Of a stretch of DNA of 64,000 nucleotides, positions 20,676 through 29,769 are shown in pieces. Source of the DNA: an uncultured delta proteobacterium. GTDB lineage: Bacteria > Myxococcota_A > Polyangia > Polyangiales > JAFGIB01. Made by a program: the position numbers and the translations under genes. The notes beneath the pieces were generated by a model, which did no database searches, was not told the origin of the DNA, and saw only the letters and a program-made list of their open reading frames with translations. Where the stretch lies: contig CAVZVA010000003.1 in NCBI GenBank assembly GCA_963778655.1, positions 768,001 to 832,000 of the forward strand, written 5' to 3'. Position 1 is the first letter of the stretch. Every line of letters starts with the position of its first letter.

Positions 20676-21494
20676 TTAGTGCGCGAAGGGATAGCTGATG
20701 GTCAGCGAGTCGTCGCTGAACTGCGGGAAGCGGGCGCGCCGCACCGCACGCGCCACGCACGAGCCGATCGGTCCGCGCAGGCCGTTGACCCGGGCGGTCG
20801 TGACGCGCCCGGTTCGGCCGAGCACGTTGATGTCGGCCATCAGCCTGCCGTGCGCGCTGCCAAAGCAGGCGTCGACCGCGGGTTGCACGCGCTGCATCGC
20901 GGCGATGACTTGAGCGCGCTGGGGTCTGGGCGGCAACGCGCTGGCCGGTTTCGAAGCGTGCCCGTGGTGATGGTGGTGGTGGTGGGAGTCCTCGGCGCTA
21001 GCGGAGGGCTTCGCGGCTGCAGGCTGCTCGGACTGGACCTCGGGCTCGACCGCCTTCGCGACCACCTCGGGTTTGCGCTCGGCGGGCTGAACCGCGGGCG
21101 CCGCGGCTTTGGCAGGCGCCGCCGCAGCAGCGGCTGGCGGAGGGCTCGGCTCCCGCGCGAGCGTGGCCGCGACGGTCGAAGCCTTGGCCTGCACGGGCGG
21201 CCGCGCCGCGGGCCGCGCGGGCGCAGGGTGCTTCATCCGCCACGCCAGCCCGAGCGCACCGGCGGACACCAGCACGGCCGCGCCGAGCGTGGCGGCCAGC
21301 ACCCACACGCCGCGCGGAACCCGCGAGGTCTCCTCAGCGGGTGCGGGCAGCGGCGCCAAGAACGCCTCGCTGCCCAGCGGCAGCGGCTCGTAGAAGCGGC
21401 GCGTCGCTGGACGCTCACCGGTGCTGAAGGGGGAATCGTCGGGCCCCGGGGCCTGCTGTCCGGCTGCCCTGGTGTCCCGCGCTCGACTCGGCAT
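20676..21494 (-). CDS. Single-TM protein with His tract and TonB-C-like C-terminus, paralogous to the C-terminus of 13178-15067
   Basis: AAGGGAG RBS; HHHHHHHGH; PQRAQVIAAM..GSCVARAVRRARFPQF..ISYPF. Confidence 0.75.
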   Translation of the reverse strand: MPSRARDTRAAGQQAPGPDDSPFSTGERPATRRFYEPLPLGSEAFLAPLPAPAEETSRVPRGVWVLAATLGAAVLVSAGALGLAWRMKHPAPARPAARPPVQAKASTVAATLAREPSPPPAAAAAAPAKAAAPAVQPAERKPEVVAKAVEPEVQSEQPAAAKPSASAEDSHHHHHHHGHASKPASALPPRPQRAQVIAAMQRVQPAVDACFGSAHGRLMADINVLGRTGRVTTARVNGLRGPIGSCVARAVRRARFPQFSDDSLTISYPFAH

Positions 21495-21863
21495 GTGTGC
21501 TCCCTTCCGCGGCCATGGTGGCCGAGGTATGCCGTGCACCGAGGGCGCCCCACTGCGCGACCCGGCACACCGTCCGGCACGGGCGCACGGAGGCGCCGCA
21601 GCGCGCGCGTCGGCGCGGGTCGAGCTGGGCTCCTACTACCGCAACGACGGTTGGCGCAGCGAGTCCACTGCAAACCGTACCTTCCCCAAGGTAGCGGGCA
21701 CCCGCCCAGAACGCAACCACTACAAGTTAACAATTCCGTGACCACTGTCGCGCCGAGCACAAGGCTCAGGCGCTTGGACGGCAAGCTGATCACGACGCGC
21801 GCCGCCGCGCTCCTTGGATCCAAGGGGTCGGGAGCGCGCAGACCCCTGCAGAGCAACCCGGTC

Positions 21864-21885
21864 GCCCCACCCTTGCGGGTGGGGC
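21864..21885 (-). terminator. GC hairpin with GCAA tetraloop 3' of the RRM gene (terminator or stabiliser candidate)
   Basis: Minus strand reads GCCCCACCC-GCAA-GGGTGGGGC; no U tract. Confidence 0.45.
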
Positions 21886-21928
21886 ATCGGGCATCGACCG
21901 CACGCAGGAGGCGCGCCAGACAGCGCGA

Positions 21929-22321
21929 CTACCAGCGATCGCGCCGGTCGCCGCCGTTGCGGCCACCGCGGCCACCACGGCCGCCGCCGCCGCCGCCGCC
22001 ACCGCCACCGCCGTAGCCACCGCCACCGCCGCCGCCGTAGCCGCCGCCACCGCCGCCGCCGCGCGGGCGATCGCCGCGGTCACGCGCGACGTTGACGGTG
22101 ATCGAACGACCATCGAGCACGGTGCCGTTGAGCGATTCGATCGCGCTGCGCGCTGCGGTGTCCGACTCGAACTCCACGAAGCCGAAGCCGCGCGACTGGC
22201 CGGTCGCGCGATCCATGATCACGCTTGCGGAGAGCACTTCGCCGAACTGCGAAAACGCCTCTTGCAGGCGCTCATCCCCGGTGGAGTACGACAGGTTGCC
22301 GACGAATAGTTTTGTACTCAT
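21929..22321 (-). CDS. RRM RNA-binding protein with Gly-rich tail
   Basis: RNP2 LFVGNL, RNP1 RGFGFVEF, GGGGY/RGG tail. Confidence 0.96.
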   Translation of the reverse strand: MSTKLFVGNLSYSTGDERLQEAFSQFGEVLSASVIMDRATGQSRGFGFVEFESDTAARSAIESLNGTVLDGRSITVNVARDRGDRPRGGGGGGGYGGGGGGGYGGGGGGGGGGGRGGRGGRNGGDRRDRW

Positions 22322-22495
22322 GGTCTAGATGCCTCTGATACACGTGCGCCTTTTCCAGTATTCGGACGAACGCTCGGCGCGTAGGCCTTCTCCGATTGCT
22401 CCCCACTTGAGAGCCAGCCAGCGCACAGAAACGAACTCGAGCGGATCATTCCGAACGGGCGGAGTATCTGAGTGCAGGACGAGCGCACTGTAGCA
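22322..22495 (-). promoter_or_regulatory. Extended -10 promoter (TGCTACAGT) and ~160-nt structured 5' leader of the RRM gene
   Basis: Nested complementary segments 22330-41/22464-76, 22361-66/22450-55 and 22371-76/22438-43; apical hairpin 22398-22414. Confidence 0.55.
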
Positions 22496-22618
22496 CGGCC
22501 ACGGCGCGGCGGCGAATGTCGCTTCGGTGGCTCCCGGTCCGGGGGGACCGGGGTGTCGGGACCCCGGGTTTCGGCTATGCTGCGTCGGAGCGGAAAGGGG
22601 CCGCCAACGGGCTCGCCG

Positions 22619-23080
22619 ATGTCGCCCCCCCAAGGGATCAGCCAGCGCCGGCAGGACGACTTCTACCAGTCGCTGCGGCGGCGCATACGCGCCTTCCTGG
22701 ACGCCAGAGGCCCGGGCTTCGCCTACGCCGAGGTGTTGCTGCTCGCGCCCGACCTGTTCCACCTGCTGTGCCGGTTGAGCGCCGACCCGCGCGTGCCGGC
22801 AGCGGAGCGCGCCAGGCTCGCGGTCGCGATCGTGTACTTCGTCTCCCCGCTCGACCTGCTGCCCGAAGGGCTGATGGGCCCGGTGGGCTACCTCGACGAT
22901 GCCGCGCTCGCGGCGTATGTGCTGCACCGGCTGGTCTGCAGCGGGCATGGCGAGGTCGCCCGCGAGCACTGGGCCGGCGACGGCGATCTGCTGGTCGCGC
23001 TGCAGCGCGTGCTCGAGCTCGCCGACGCGGCGATCGGCTCCGGCCTTTGGGCGCGCATCAAGCGCATCGCCCGCGGCTGA
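22619..23080 (+). CDS. YkvA/DUF1232 family protein
   Basis: IVYFVSPLDLLPE..GPVGYLDD. Confidence 0.88.
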   Translation: MSPPQGISQRRQDDFYQSLRRRIRAFLDARGPGFAYAEVLLLAPDLFHLLCRLSADPRVPAAERARLAVAIVYFVSPLDLLPEGLMGPVGYLDDAALAAYVLHRLVCSGHGEVAREHWAGDGDLLVALQRVLELADAAIGSGLWARIKRIARG

Positions 23081-23143
23081 GACGCGGGGCGCCGGCCCAT
23101 ATGGCACGTGGACAAGCGCGGGCGCGGATGCTGGGATGGCCGC

Positions 23144-23674
23144 ATGCCTGAGGCCTACAGACTCGCGCTGCCGCCGCCGCAGGGTGAGCTGTGCGTGATC
23201 ACGCGCGAGCTGGTGCAGACCGCGCTGAGCTACTCGCGCAGCAGCCCGCGGCGCCGCATGATCCAGCCCTTCCACAAGCACGACGCGGACCCGCTACACC
23301 GTATGCTCAACGCCATGCAGCCCGACAGCTACGTGCGGCCCCACCGCCACCTGGACCCGCCCAAAGCCGAGGCCTGGGTGTTGCTGCGCGGGCGCGTGGC
23401 GTTCTTCACCTTCGAGGGCGACGGCCGCGTGCGCGATTGCCTGCGGCTCGACCCCGAGGGGGACGCGCTCGGCGTCGACCTGGGCCCGGGCGTGTATCAC
23501 TCGCTGGTCGCGCTTTCGCCCGACACGGTGCTCTACGAGGTCAAGACCGGTCCGTACGCGCCGGCTAGCGACAAGAGCTTCGCCCCGTGGGCCCCAGCCG
23601 AAGGCACGCCCGAAGCGGCCGGGTACCTGAGCGAGCTGCGGGCCGAGCTGACGCGGCGCGGGTTGGACGGCTGA
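23144..23674 (+). CDS. WbuC-family cupin-fold metalloprotein
   Basis: SPRRR..RMLNAMQPDSYVRPHRH..E..YHSLV..YEVKTGPY..FAPWAP. Confidence 0.88.
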   Translation: MPEAYRLALPPPQGELCVITRELVQTALSYSRSSPRRRMIQPFHKHDADPLHRMLNAMQPDSYVRPHRHLDPPKAEAWVLLRGRVAFFTFEGDGRVRDCLRLDPEGDALGVDLGPGVYHSLVALSPDTVLYEVKTGPYAPASDKSFAPWAPAEGTPEAAGYLSELRAELTRRGLDG

Positions 23675-23735
23675 GACCCACCCCGCCCTCCTGCACGTGG
23701 TCGTGACCGTCAGGCGTGGCCGTGCTCGCGGTCGG

Positions 23736-24530
23736 CTACGGGCTGGGTTGCACGTCGACACCGATCGCTTGCTCGAGGCCTGGAACCGATAGGGTCAAGG
23801 TGGTCGTGCCCGCAGCCACGGCGTCGATGACCACGCTGGTGCCGGCGTCGATCTGTTTGCCGCTGCCGAGCAAGAACGCGGTGACTGTGGCGACCGAGTC
23901 ATCGGCCACGCTCCACTGAACGCCTTCAGGCGCCAGCAGCACCCGCCCATCGGCGTCGTACAGGGTCGCGTCGATCTGCACGCTCGCGCCCGGGACGAGC
24001 TGCACGCCGGTGGTCTTCTCGGCGCCGAGGCGGTCTTGATAGGTGGCCTCGATCGTGACGCGTGTCGCCTGGTGCACCAGCACGGGCACCTGGTCGATCA
24101 GCGCCCCGTCCGCGTCGCGCAGCTCGAGCCGGGTCTGGCCGGCGTCCTTGGCCAGCACCAGCACGGTGTTGTCGCAGTGCTTGACCCAGATCCCGTCGCA
24201 GCTCGCGTCCTCGGCGATCTGCAGGTGCCCATCGCCGCCGTCCTTGCGCTCGCAGTAGCAGCTGCGCTCCAGCGCAAAGTCGGCGACGGCGGGCTTGCTC
24301 GAGACAACCTCCACGCCGCGCGCGTCACCCGGGCCCGTGACCGCAATGCTGGTGCGCGTGCCCGAAAGCAGCGGTTGCTCCAGCGGGCAGCCGAAAAAGC
24401 AGCCGGCGCCTTGATAGCTGAACTCGGCCTTGCCCTTTTCGCCCGGGGTGCCGCCGGCAGCGCCCCCACCGCCGCAGCCCCACCCGGGGGTCGCGGCTAG
24501 CACACCGAGAGCCAACGCTGCCATCCGCAT
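23736..24530 (-). CDS. Putative lipoprotein with a C-terminal Ig-like (Big_2-like) domain
   Basis: Signal ending GWGC; VQWSVADDSVATV..AVAAGTTTLTLS. Confidence 0.7.
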   Translation of the reverse strand: MRMAALALGVLAATPGWGCGGGGAAGGTPGEKGKAEFSYQGAGCFFGCPLEQPLLSGTRTSIAVTGPGDARGVEVVSSKPAVADFALERSCYCERKDGGDGHLQIAEDASCDGIWVKHCDNTVLVLAKDAGQTRLELRDADGALIDQVPVLVHQATRVTIEATYQDRLGAEKTTGVQLVPGASVQIDATLYDADGRVLLAPEGVQWSVADDSVATVTAFLLGSGKQIDAGTSVVIDAVAAGTTTLTLSVPGLEQAIGVDVQPSP

Positions 24531-24567
24531 CGTGAAAACCTCGCCGTTCGGGTCAGCCGCCATGCAA

Positions 24568-24584
24568 AGCAGGCTCCGTGCCAA
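24568..24584 (-). promoter_or_regulatory. Sigma-54 -24/-12 promoter
   Basis: Minus strand reads TTGGCACGGAGCCTGCT (GG-N10-GC), 37 nt upstream of the ATG at 24530. Confidence 0.7.
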
Positions 24585-24868
24585 ACGGAGCCCGCCTGGC
24601 CAGGATGACCCACAGCCGCGCCCGACGACCGCCGCGCGCCTGGCTGCGTTTGGACATGGCAGCGGCTCTCACCCCCGCGATCCTGTGGTGTATGGACCAC
24701 ACTGTCCATCCGGAGACACAGGGCCGGACCGCGGGCGGCCGGCAACCCGTCCGGTGTGGCCGACGTCATTGCGCGTCGGCAGCCTGCAGGCGCATCGTTA
24801 CAAACACGCGGGGGCTCGGCCCGCCGGTGTAGACTGCGCGCACGAAACCTCGCCCACAGGGGGACTGC

Positions 24869-25603
24869 ATGTCGAACATCGCAGGAAAAGCCTATGCGAT
24901 GAATCTGCTGACGCCGATCAAGCCGCTGGTGGTGCCGATCAACAAGCTGATCTTCTGGCTGGTAGGCACGCCGATCTTCCGCTCCAAGCTCGATGGGCTG
25001 CTCACCTTGTCGCTGATCCACTACGCGCGCTGGGTGATCGTGCGCGGGCGCGACTTTCCGCAGCTGGAGCCGTCGCAGCCGCAAGAAGACCTGCGCTACG
25101 GCTACATGTTCTTCTTCAGCAACTTCAACGGGAGCTGGGAGCAGTACGTCGACTCGTTTGCTTCGGCGATTCCCAGCGGCCTGAACCTGCTGTGGTTCAG
25201 GAACATCGGATGGCCCACAGCGGTGCCCGAGCAGCCTTTTCACCGCTACGTCAACGACTCACAGATCTGGACCGATTACTACTACAACGCCTATCCGATG
25301 GCCTCATCGAACGACGTCAAGTCGGCCAAGCGGGTCAAGGCCGGGCTGTGCGAGCTGGTCGCCAAGACCGCCGGCGTATCGGCAGAGGAATTCGCGCGGC
25401 AGTACAACGCGCTGCTCAAGGGCTTGCAGCATGATCTCTCGCAGATGGAGGCGACGCCGATCGTGAGCCTGGCCGTCGAGGACGTGCTGCGGCGCAGGCA
25501 GGACGACGGGCGCGAGCAGATCGTGGCCGCGCGCGCGCGCCACAGCGACTCGGGCGCGCACCCGGTCAAGCCGAACCGGCTCAAGGACGCGGCCGATGCC
25601 TAA
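24869..25603 (+). CDS. DyP-associated hypothetical protein A
   Basis: GGGGGA RBS; IHYARWVI, YMFFFSNFNGSWEQYVDSF; paralogous to the next gene. Confidence 0.85.
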   Translation: MSNIAGKAYAMNLLTPIKPLVVPINKLIFWLVGTPIFRSKLDGLLTLSLIHYARWVIVRGRDFPQLEPSQPQEDLRYGYMFFFSNFNGSWEQYVDSFASAIPSGLNLLWFRNIGWPTAVPEQPFHRYVNDSQIWTDYYYNAYPMASSNDVKSAKRVKAGLCELVAKTAGVSAEEFARQYNALLKGLQHDLSQMEATPIVSLAVEDVLRRRQDDGREQIVAARARHSDSGAHPVKPNRLKDAADA

Positions 25604-26243
25604 CCGCAGCGGAAAGGCGTACGGGCTGACCGTGCTGTGTCCGTTGTTGCGGACGAGCTCCCAAAACCAGAGCGCCGCGGCGCTGGTAAGGGCGCAGCTG
25701 CGCGCGCAGCCGCTGGATGAAGACAGCCCCCTGGCGCGCGTCCCCAACACCTATCTGTGCCGGCTGTTCGTGCTGGACGACGTGATCTACCAGGGCGCGC
25801 CTTCGCAGCTCGAGCACCTGAAGTCGCAGTACCTGGTGTTCGTGGCGGAGATTCACGGCGAGCCCCGGCCCTATCTCGAGGGCTTGTGGCAGCACGCGCA
25901 GCAATTCGTGTGTGACGTGTGGGCCTACTGCATCGGTTTCAAGGCGAGCGTGCACGACGCCGCAAGCTTCGTGCGCTACATCGAGCGCTGCCAGGTCGAG
26001 ACCACCTTCTACTTCAACGGCTCGACCGACGACCCGCCGGCCGAGCAGCTCAAGGCGCTCTATCTCAAGCAGGAGCTGTCGAAGTTCGCTTACGCAAACC
26101 AGGGCAAGAGCCCGGCGGAGCTGCAGCGCGCGTTCGCCGAGCTGGTGGCCCGGGTCGCCCCATTCGACACGGACGCACCGAGCTGGGCACCCGGCGCCTC
26201 TTCGCTCGAGGCCGCCGAGCGCGGCGCGCGCCCGGTGCGCTGA
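25596..26243 (+). CDS. DyP-associated hypothetical protein B
   Basis: Overlaps protein A by 8 nt; shares the MxNxxGKAY N-terminus and motif order. Confidence 0.85.
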   Translation: MPNRSGKAYGLTVLCPLLRTSSQNQSAAALVRAQLRAQPLDEDSPLARVPNTYLCRLFVLDDVIYQGAPSQLEHLKSQYLVFVAEIHGEPRPYLEGLWQHAQQFVCDVWAYCIGFKASVHDAASFVRYIERCQVETTFYFNGSTDDPPAEQLKALYLKQELSKFAYANQGKSPAELQRAFAELVARVAPFDTDAPSWAPGASSLEAAERGARPVR

Positions 26244-26265
26244 AGCGCGGGCAAGGGGACGGCAC

Positions 26266-27870
26266 ATGGACCAGACCAGGCTCGATCTACACGACATCCA
26301 GGGTAGCATCGTGAAGGCCTACGGGCGCTACGGCTTTCCCAAGGCGCGCTACGTGCTGTTTCGCGTGCGCGACGGCGTGGCCGGCCGGCACTTCGTGCGC
26401 GCGCTCGCGCCGCTGGTCACCACCTCCGCGCCGTGGGACGCGTTCGGCTCAGTCGAGGAAGGCACAGCGCGGCCGCCGGCGACCACCAACGTCGCATTCA
26501 CCTACCACGGCCTGCGCGAGCTGGGCGTGCCGCGCGCTTCACTGCAGAGCTTCCCCGACGAGTTCGCGATGGGGATGCGCGCCCGGCGCGACATCCTGGG
26601 CGACGACGGGGTCAGCGCGCCCGCGTGCTGGGACCCGGTGTGGCTGCAGGAAGACCAAGTGCACATCCTGGTGTGGATCAACGGCCAGGACGACGCCGCG
26701 GTCGAGCGGCGCTACCAGAAGGTCCTTTCGCTGTTGCCCGCGGGGCAGGACGGCGTCGAGCTGTGCGTCGGCCATCGCGGCCCGGCCGGACGCGCCGATC
26801 TTCCCTACCAGGATGCCTGCGCGGTCTACGCGGACGGCGAGCCGACCGCCAAGGAGCACTTCGGCTACACCGACGGCATCAGCAATCCGTTCTTCAAGGG
26901 CGTCTCGTCGAACGAGGCGAACGTCGTGGGCGGGGGCAAGCTCACCGGACAGCCGACGGAGACGCGCGCGGGCTGGGAACCGCTGGAAACCGGAGAGTTC
27001 GTGCTGGGTCATCGGGACGAGGCCGGGGAATACCCCGAGGCGCCGATCCCGACCCTGCTGGCGATGAACGGCACCTTCCTGGTGTACCGGAAGCTGCACG
27101 AGAACGTGGGCGCGTTCGACGCGTACCTGGAAGAGGTCGGCCGGGGCTGCCCTGGCGGCAAGGAGGCGCTGGCCGCGAAGCTCGCGGGGCGCTGGCGCAA
27201 TGGCGCGCCCATCACCACGTTTCCGACGCAAGCGGAAGCCGATGCGTTTGGCGAGCAGTGGCTCGCCGCCAAGGTCGCGATCGCCAAGGCTGGAACGCGC
27301 GAAGAGCGCGAGGCGGCCAAACGCCGCTTCGCCGACTTGAACACGCGCTTCGTCGCGTTCAACTACGACAAGGATCTCGAAGGCGGGCGCTGTCCGGTGG
27401 GGGCCCATGCGCGCCGCGCCAATCCGCGCGGCGCGCTGCAGCTGGGCAAGCACGGCGCCTTCGAGACGCCGGGCGCGGTGGACAACCGGCGTCGGATCCT
27501 GCGACGCGGCCTGCCCTATGGCGACTCGCAGCACGCTCGCAACGACGACGGGGACCACGGCATCATCTTCATGGCGATCAACGCGAGCATCCGCCGGCAG
27601 TTCGAGTTCGTGCAGCAGCAGTGGATCAACTACGGCAACGACTTCCGCCTCGGCAACGACAAGGACCCGATCGTCGGCAACCACGCCACCACGCCCGAAG
27701 GCGCGCCCGCGGGACGCCTGATGATCGAAAGCGCCCCCGACGACAGCCGGCCGCCGTTTCTGTGCAGCGCGCTGCCGCGCTTCGTGGAGACGCGGGGCGG
27801 AGACTACTTCTTCGTCCCCAGCCTCACGGCCCTGCGCATGATCGGCGCGGGCATCATCGATCCCACCTGA
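26266..27870 (+). CDS. Dye-decolorizing (DyP-type) heme peroxidase without signal peptide
   Basis: DIQG, EHFGYTDGISNP (GxxDG), NGTFLVYRKL, CPVGAHARRANPR (proximal His), ILRRGLPYG (distal Arg), QFEFVQQQW, GGDYFFVPS. Confidence 0.93.
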   Translation: MDQTRLDLHDIQGSIVKAYGRYGFPKARYVLFRVRDGVAGRHFVRALAPLVTTSAPWDAFGSVEEGTARPPATTNVAFTYHGLRELGVPRASLQSFPDEFAMGMRARRDILGDDGVSAPACWDPVWLQEDQVHILVWINGQDDAAVERRYQKVLSLLPAGQDGVELCVGHRGPAGRADLPYQDACAVYADGEPTAKEHFGYTDGISNPFFKGVSSNEANVVGGGKLTGQPTETRAGWEPLETGEFVLGHRDEAGEYPEAPIPTLLAMNGTFLVYRKLHENVGAFDAYLEEVGRGCPGGKEALAAKLAGRWRNGAPITTFPTQAEADAFGEQWLAAKVAIAKAGTREEREAAKRRFADLNTRFVAFNYDKDLEGGRCPVGAHARRANPRGALQLGKHGAFETPGAVDNRRRILRRGLPYGDSQHARNDDGDHGIIFMAINASIRRQFEFVQQQWINYGNDFRLGNDKDPIVGNHATTPEGAPAGRLMIESAPDDSRPPFLCSALPRFVETRGGDYFFVPSLTALRMIGAGIIDPT

Positions 27871-27884
27871 AGGACCGGCCGTGC

Positions 27885-29588
27885 TCAGAGGCTGTCCTTC
27901 AACGGGGGGACGCTGCTGCCGCGCAGGACGTTCTTGAGGATTTTGCCGGCGGGGTTTCTGGGCAGCGGGTCCTCGGTGAACTCGACGATCTCCGGCACCT
28001 TGAACTTGGCCAGGTGCTGGGCCACGTGGGCCTGCACCCGCAGCCCGTCGATGTCAGAGTCGGGGCGCTTGCGCACGATCGCCTTGACGCGTTCGCCCAG
28101 GTCCTGGTCGGGCACGCCGATCACGGCGGCTTCCTCGATCTCGGGGTGGTCGCTGATGCAGTTCTCGATCTCGACGCAATACACGTTCTCGCCGGCGCGC
28201 AAGATCATGTCCTTGGCGCGGTCGGAGATGTACAGATAGCCCTCCTCGTCGAGATAGCCCACGTCGCCGGTGTGCAGCCAGCCGTCGCGCAAGGTCTCGG
28301 CGGTGGCGTCCGGGCGGTTCCAGTAACCAGGCGTGAGGGTCGCGCCGCGCAGGCAGATCTCGCCGCTCATGCCGGGCGGCAGGGTCTTGCCCTGCGCGTC
28401 GACGATCTTGGCTTCGAGGATCGGCATCGGGCGACCCACCGAGCCCTTCTTGCGTTCGAGCTCGGCACCGCTGATCGCGCTGGCCATACCGTGACACTCG
28501 GTCAGACCGTAGGAGGCGCCGGCCTGCGGCTTGCTCGACAGCAGGCGCGAGGCCTTCTGCAGCAGCTCGGGCGCGGCCGGCGCGCCGCCGGTGGAGATGC
28601 CTTGCAGCGACGAGAGGTCGTGCTCGCCGAGCTTGGGGTGGTCGAGCAGGCGCTGTAGCAGCGTCGGGATCGCCATCCAGGTGGTGATGCGCTCGCGCTC
28701 GATGAGGCGCATCACCTCCTGCGCGTCGAACTTGGGCGGGCCGAACACCAGCCGCGTGCCGGCCGTCATCGCGGTGCAGACCGTGCTGTGCAGCCCGGCC
28801 ACGTGGAACAGCGGCGAGGTGAGCAGGGTGGCCATCGCCTGGCCGGTGGCCGCGGCGTCCTGCAGCGGGTTCTCGCCGCGCACCAGCATCCCGACCACGA
28901 AGTTGTGCAGAATGCCATGGACCTGCGCGATCGTGCCGCGATGGGTCGTGATGCAACCCTTGGAACGGCCGGTGGTGCCCGAGGTGTAGAGGATGACGAA
29001 CGGATCGTCCTCGGCGATCGGCACCGCGGGCGGATCGGCGCGCCGCTGCAGCAGGCTCTCGATCGGCAGCGTGCCTTCGGGCGGCCGTTCGCCGATGTAG
29101 AACACCTTCTCGAGGTGCTCGATGCCGTCGATCACCGGAGCGACGCGCTCGTACAGGTGCTCGTCCACGATCAGGTAGCGGCAGCCCGAATCGCGCAGCC
29201 CGTACGCGATTTCCTCCGTGTGCCACCAGCCGTTGAGGCCGACGGCCACAGCGCCGGCCGAAGTCGCGCCGAACAGCGCGATCAGCCACTCGGGTCGGTT
29301 GTAAGCGAGGATGCCGATGCGGTCGCCCTTCTCGAGGCGATGCTGCTCGATCAGCGCATGGCCCGAGCCCCAGGCCAGCTCGCCGAATTCGGCGTAGCTG
29401 ATCTGCCGCCCGCCGTAGACCAGGAACGGCTTGTCGCCGTGCAGCACCGCCGCGTTCTGCACCTTCTCGCGCATGGAGCGCTCGCGCTGCTTGAACACGC
29501 GCGCCGGCCGGCCCAGCACGTCTTCGGTGGCGAGCTCGAAAATGCCCCCGGGGCCTTCGAGCAGGGCGCGCGCTTCCTCGTAGGTCAT
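27885..29588 (-). CDS. Long-chain acyl-CoA synthetase / AMP-binding enzyme
   Basis: YTSGTTGRSKG, YGLTE, WLHTGD, RAKDMILRAGENVY, PRNPAGKILK. Confidence 0.93.
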   Translation of the reverse strand: MTYEEARALLEGPGGIFELATEDVLGRPARVFKQRERSMREKVQNAAVLHGDKPFLVYGGRQISYAEFGELAWGSGHALIEQHRLEKGDRIGILAYNRPEWLIALFGATSAGAVAVGLNGWWHTEEIAYGLRDSGCRYLIVDEHLYERVAPVIDGIEHLEKVFYIGERPPEGTLPIESLLQRRADPPAVPIAEDDPFVILYTSGTTGRSKGCITTHRGTIAQVHGILHNFVVGMLVRGENPLQDAAATGQAMATLLTSPLFHVAGLHSTVCTAMTAGTRLVFGPPKFDAQEVMRLIERERITTWMAIPTLLQRLLDHPKLGEHDLSSLQGISTGGAPAAPELLQKASRLLSSKPQAGASYGLTECHGMASAISGAELERKKGSVGRPMPILEAKIVDAQGKTLPPGMSGEICLRGATLTPGYWNRPDATAETLRDGWLHTGDVGYLDEEGYLYISDRAKDMILRAGENVYCVEIENCISDHPEIEEAAVIGVPDQDLGERVKAIVRKRPDSDIDGLRVQAHVAQHLAKFKVPEIVEFTEDPLPRNPAGKILKNVLRGSSVPPLKDSL

Positions 29589-29769
29589 GAACTACTCCCT
29601 AGATATGGACGGAGCTGTAGGTAAGCGAATCGGCCCTCGCCGGTCAAGGCAGGTGGCCGCGCGCAGGCTTATCCGTTGAGCGCATAACGCAGCTCGTCGA
29701 GCGAAGGCTTGCCGAAGCGGTCAACTCCATGGCCGAAGCAGCCGGCACGGCAATCGGCTGAGAAGCGCG

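Noticed and set aside
21795..21860. Palindromes CCTTGGATCCAAGG and AGGGGTC..GACCCCT as a possible small RNA
   Set aside because: No promoter or family resemblance; hairpins arise easily at this GC content.
27840..27870. DyP as encapsulin cargo
   Set aside because: The C-terminus (..MIGAGIIDPT) lacks a linker plus GSLxIGSL-type peptide, and no encapsulin gene is adjacent.
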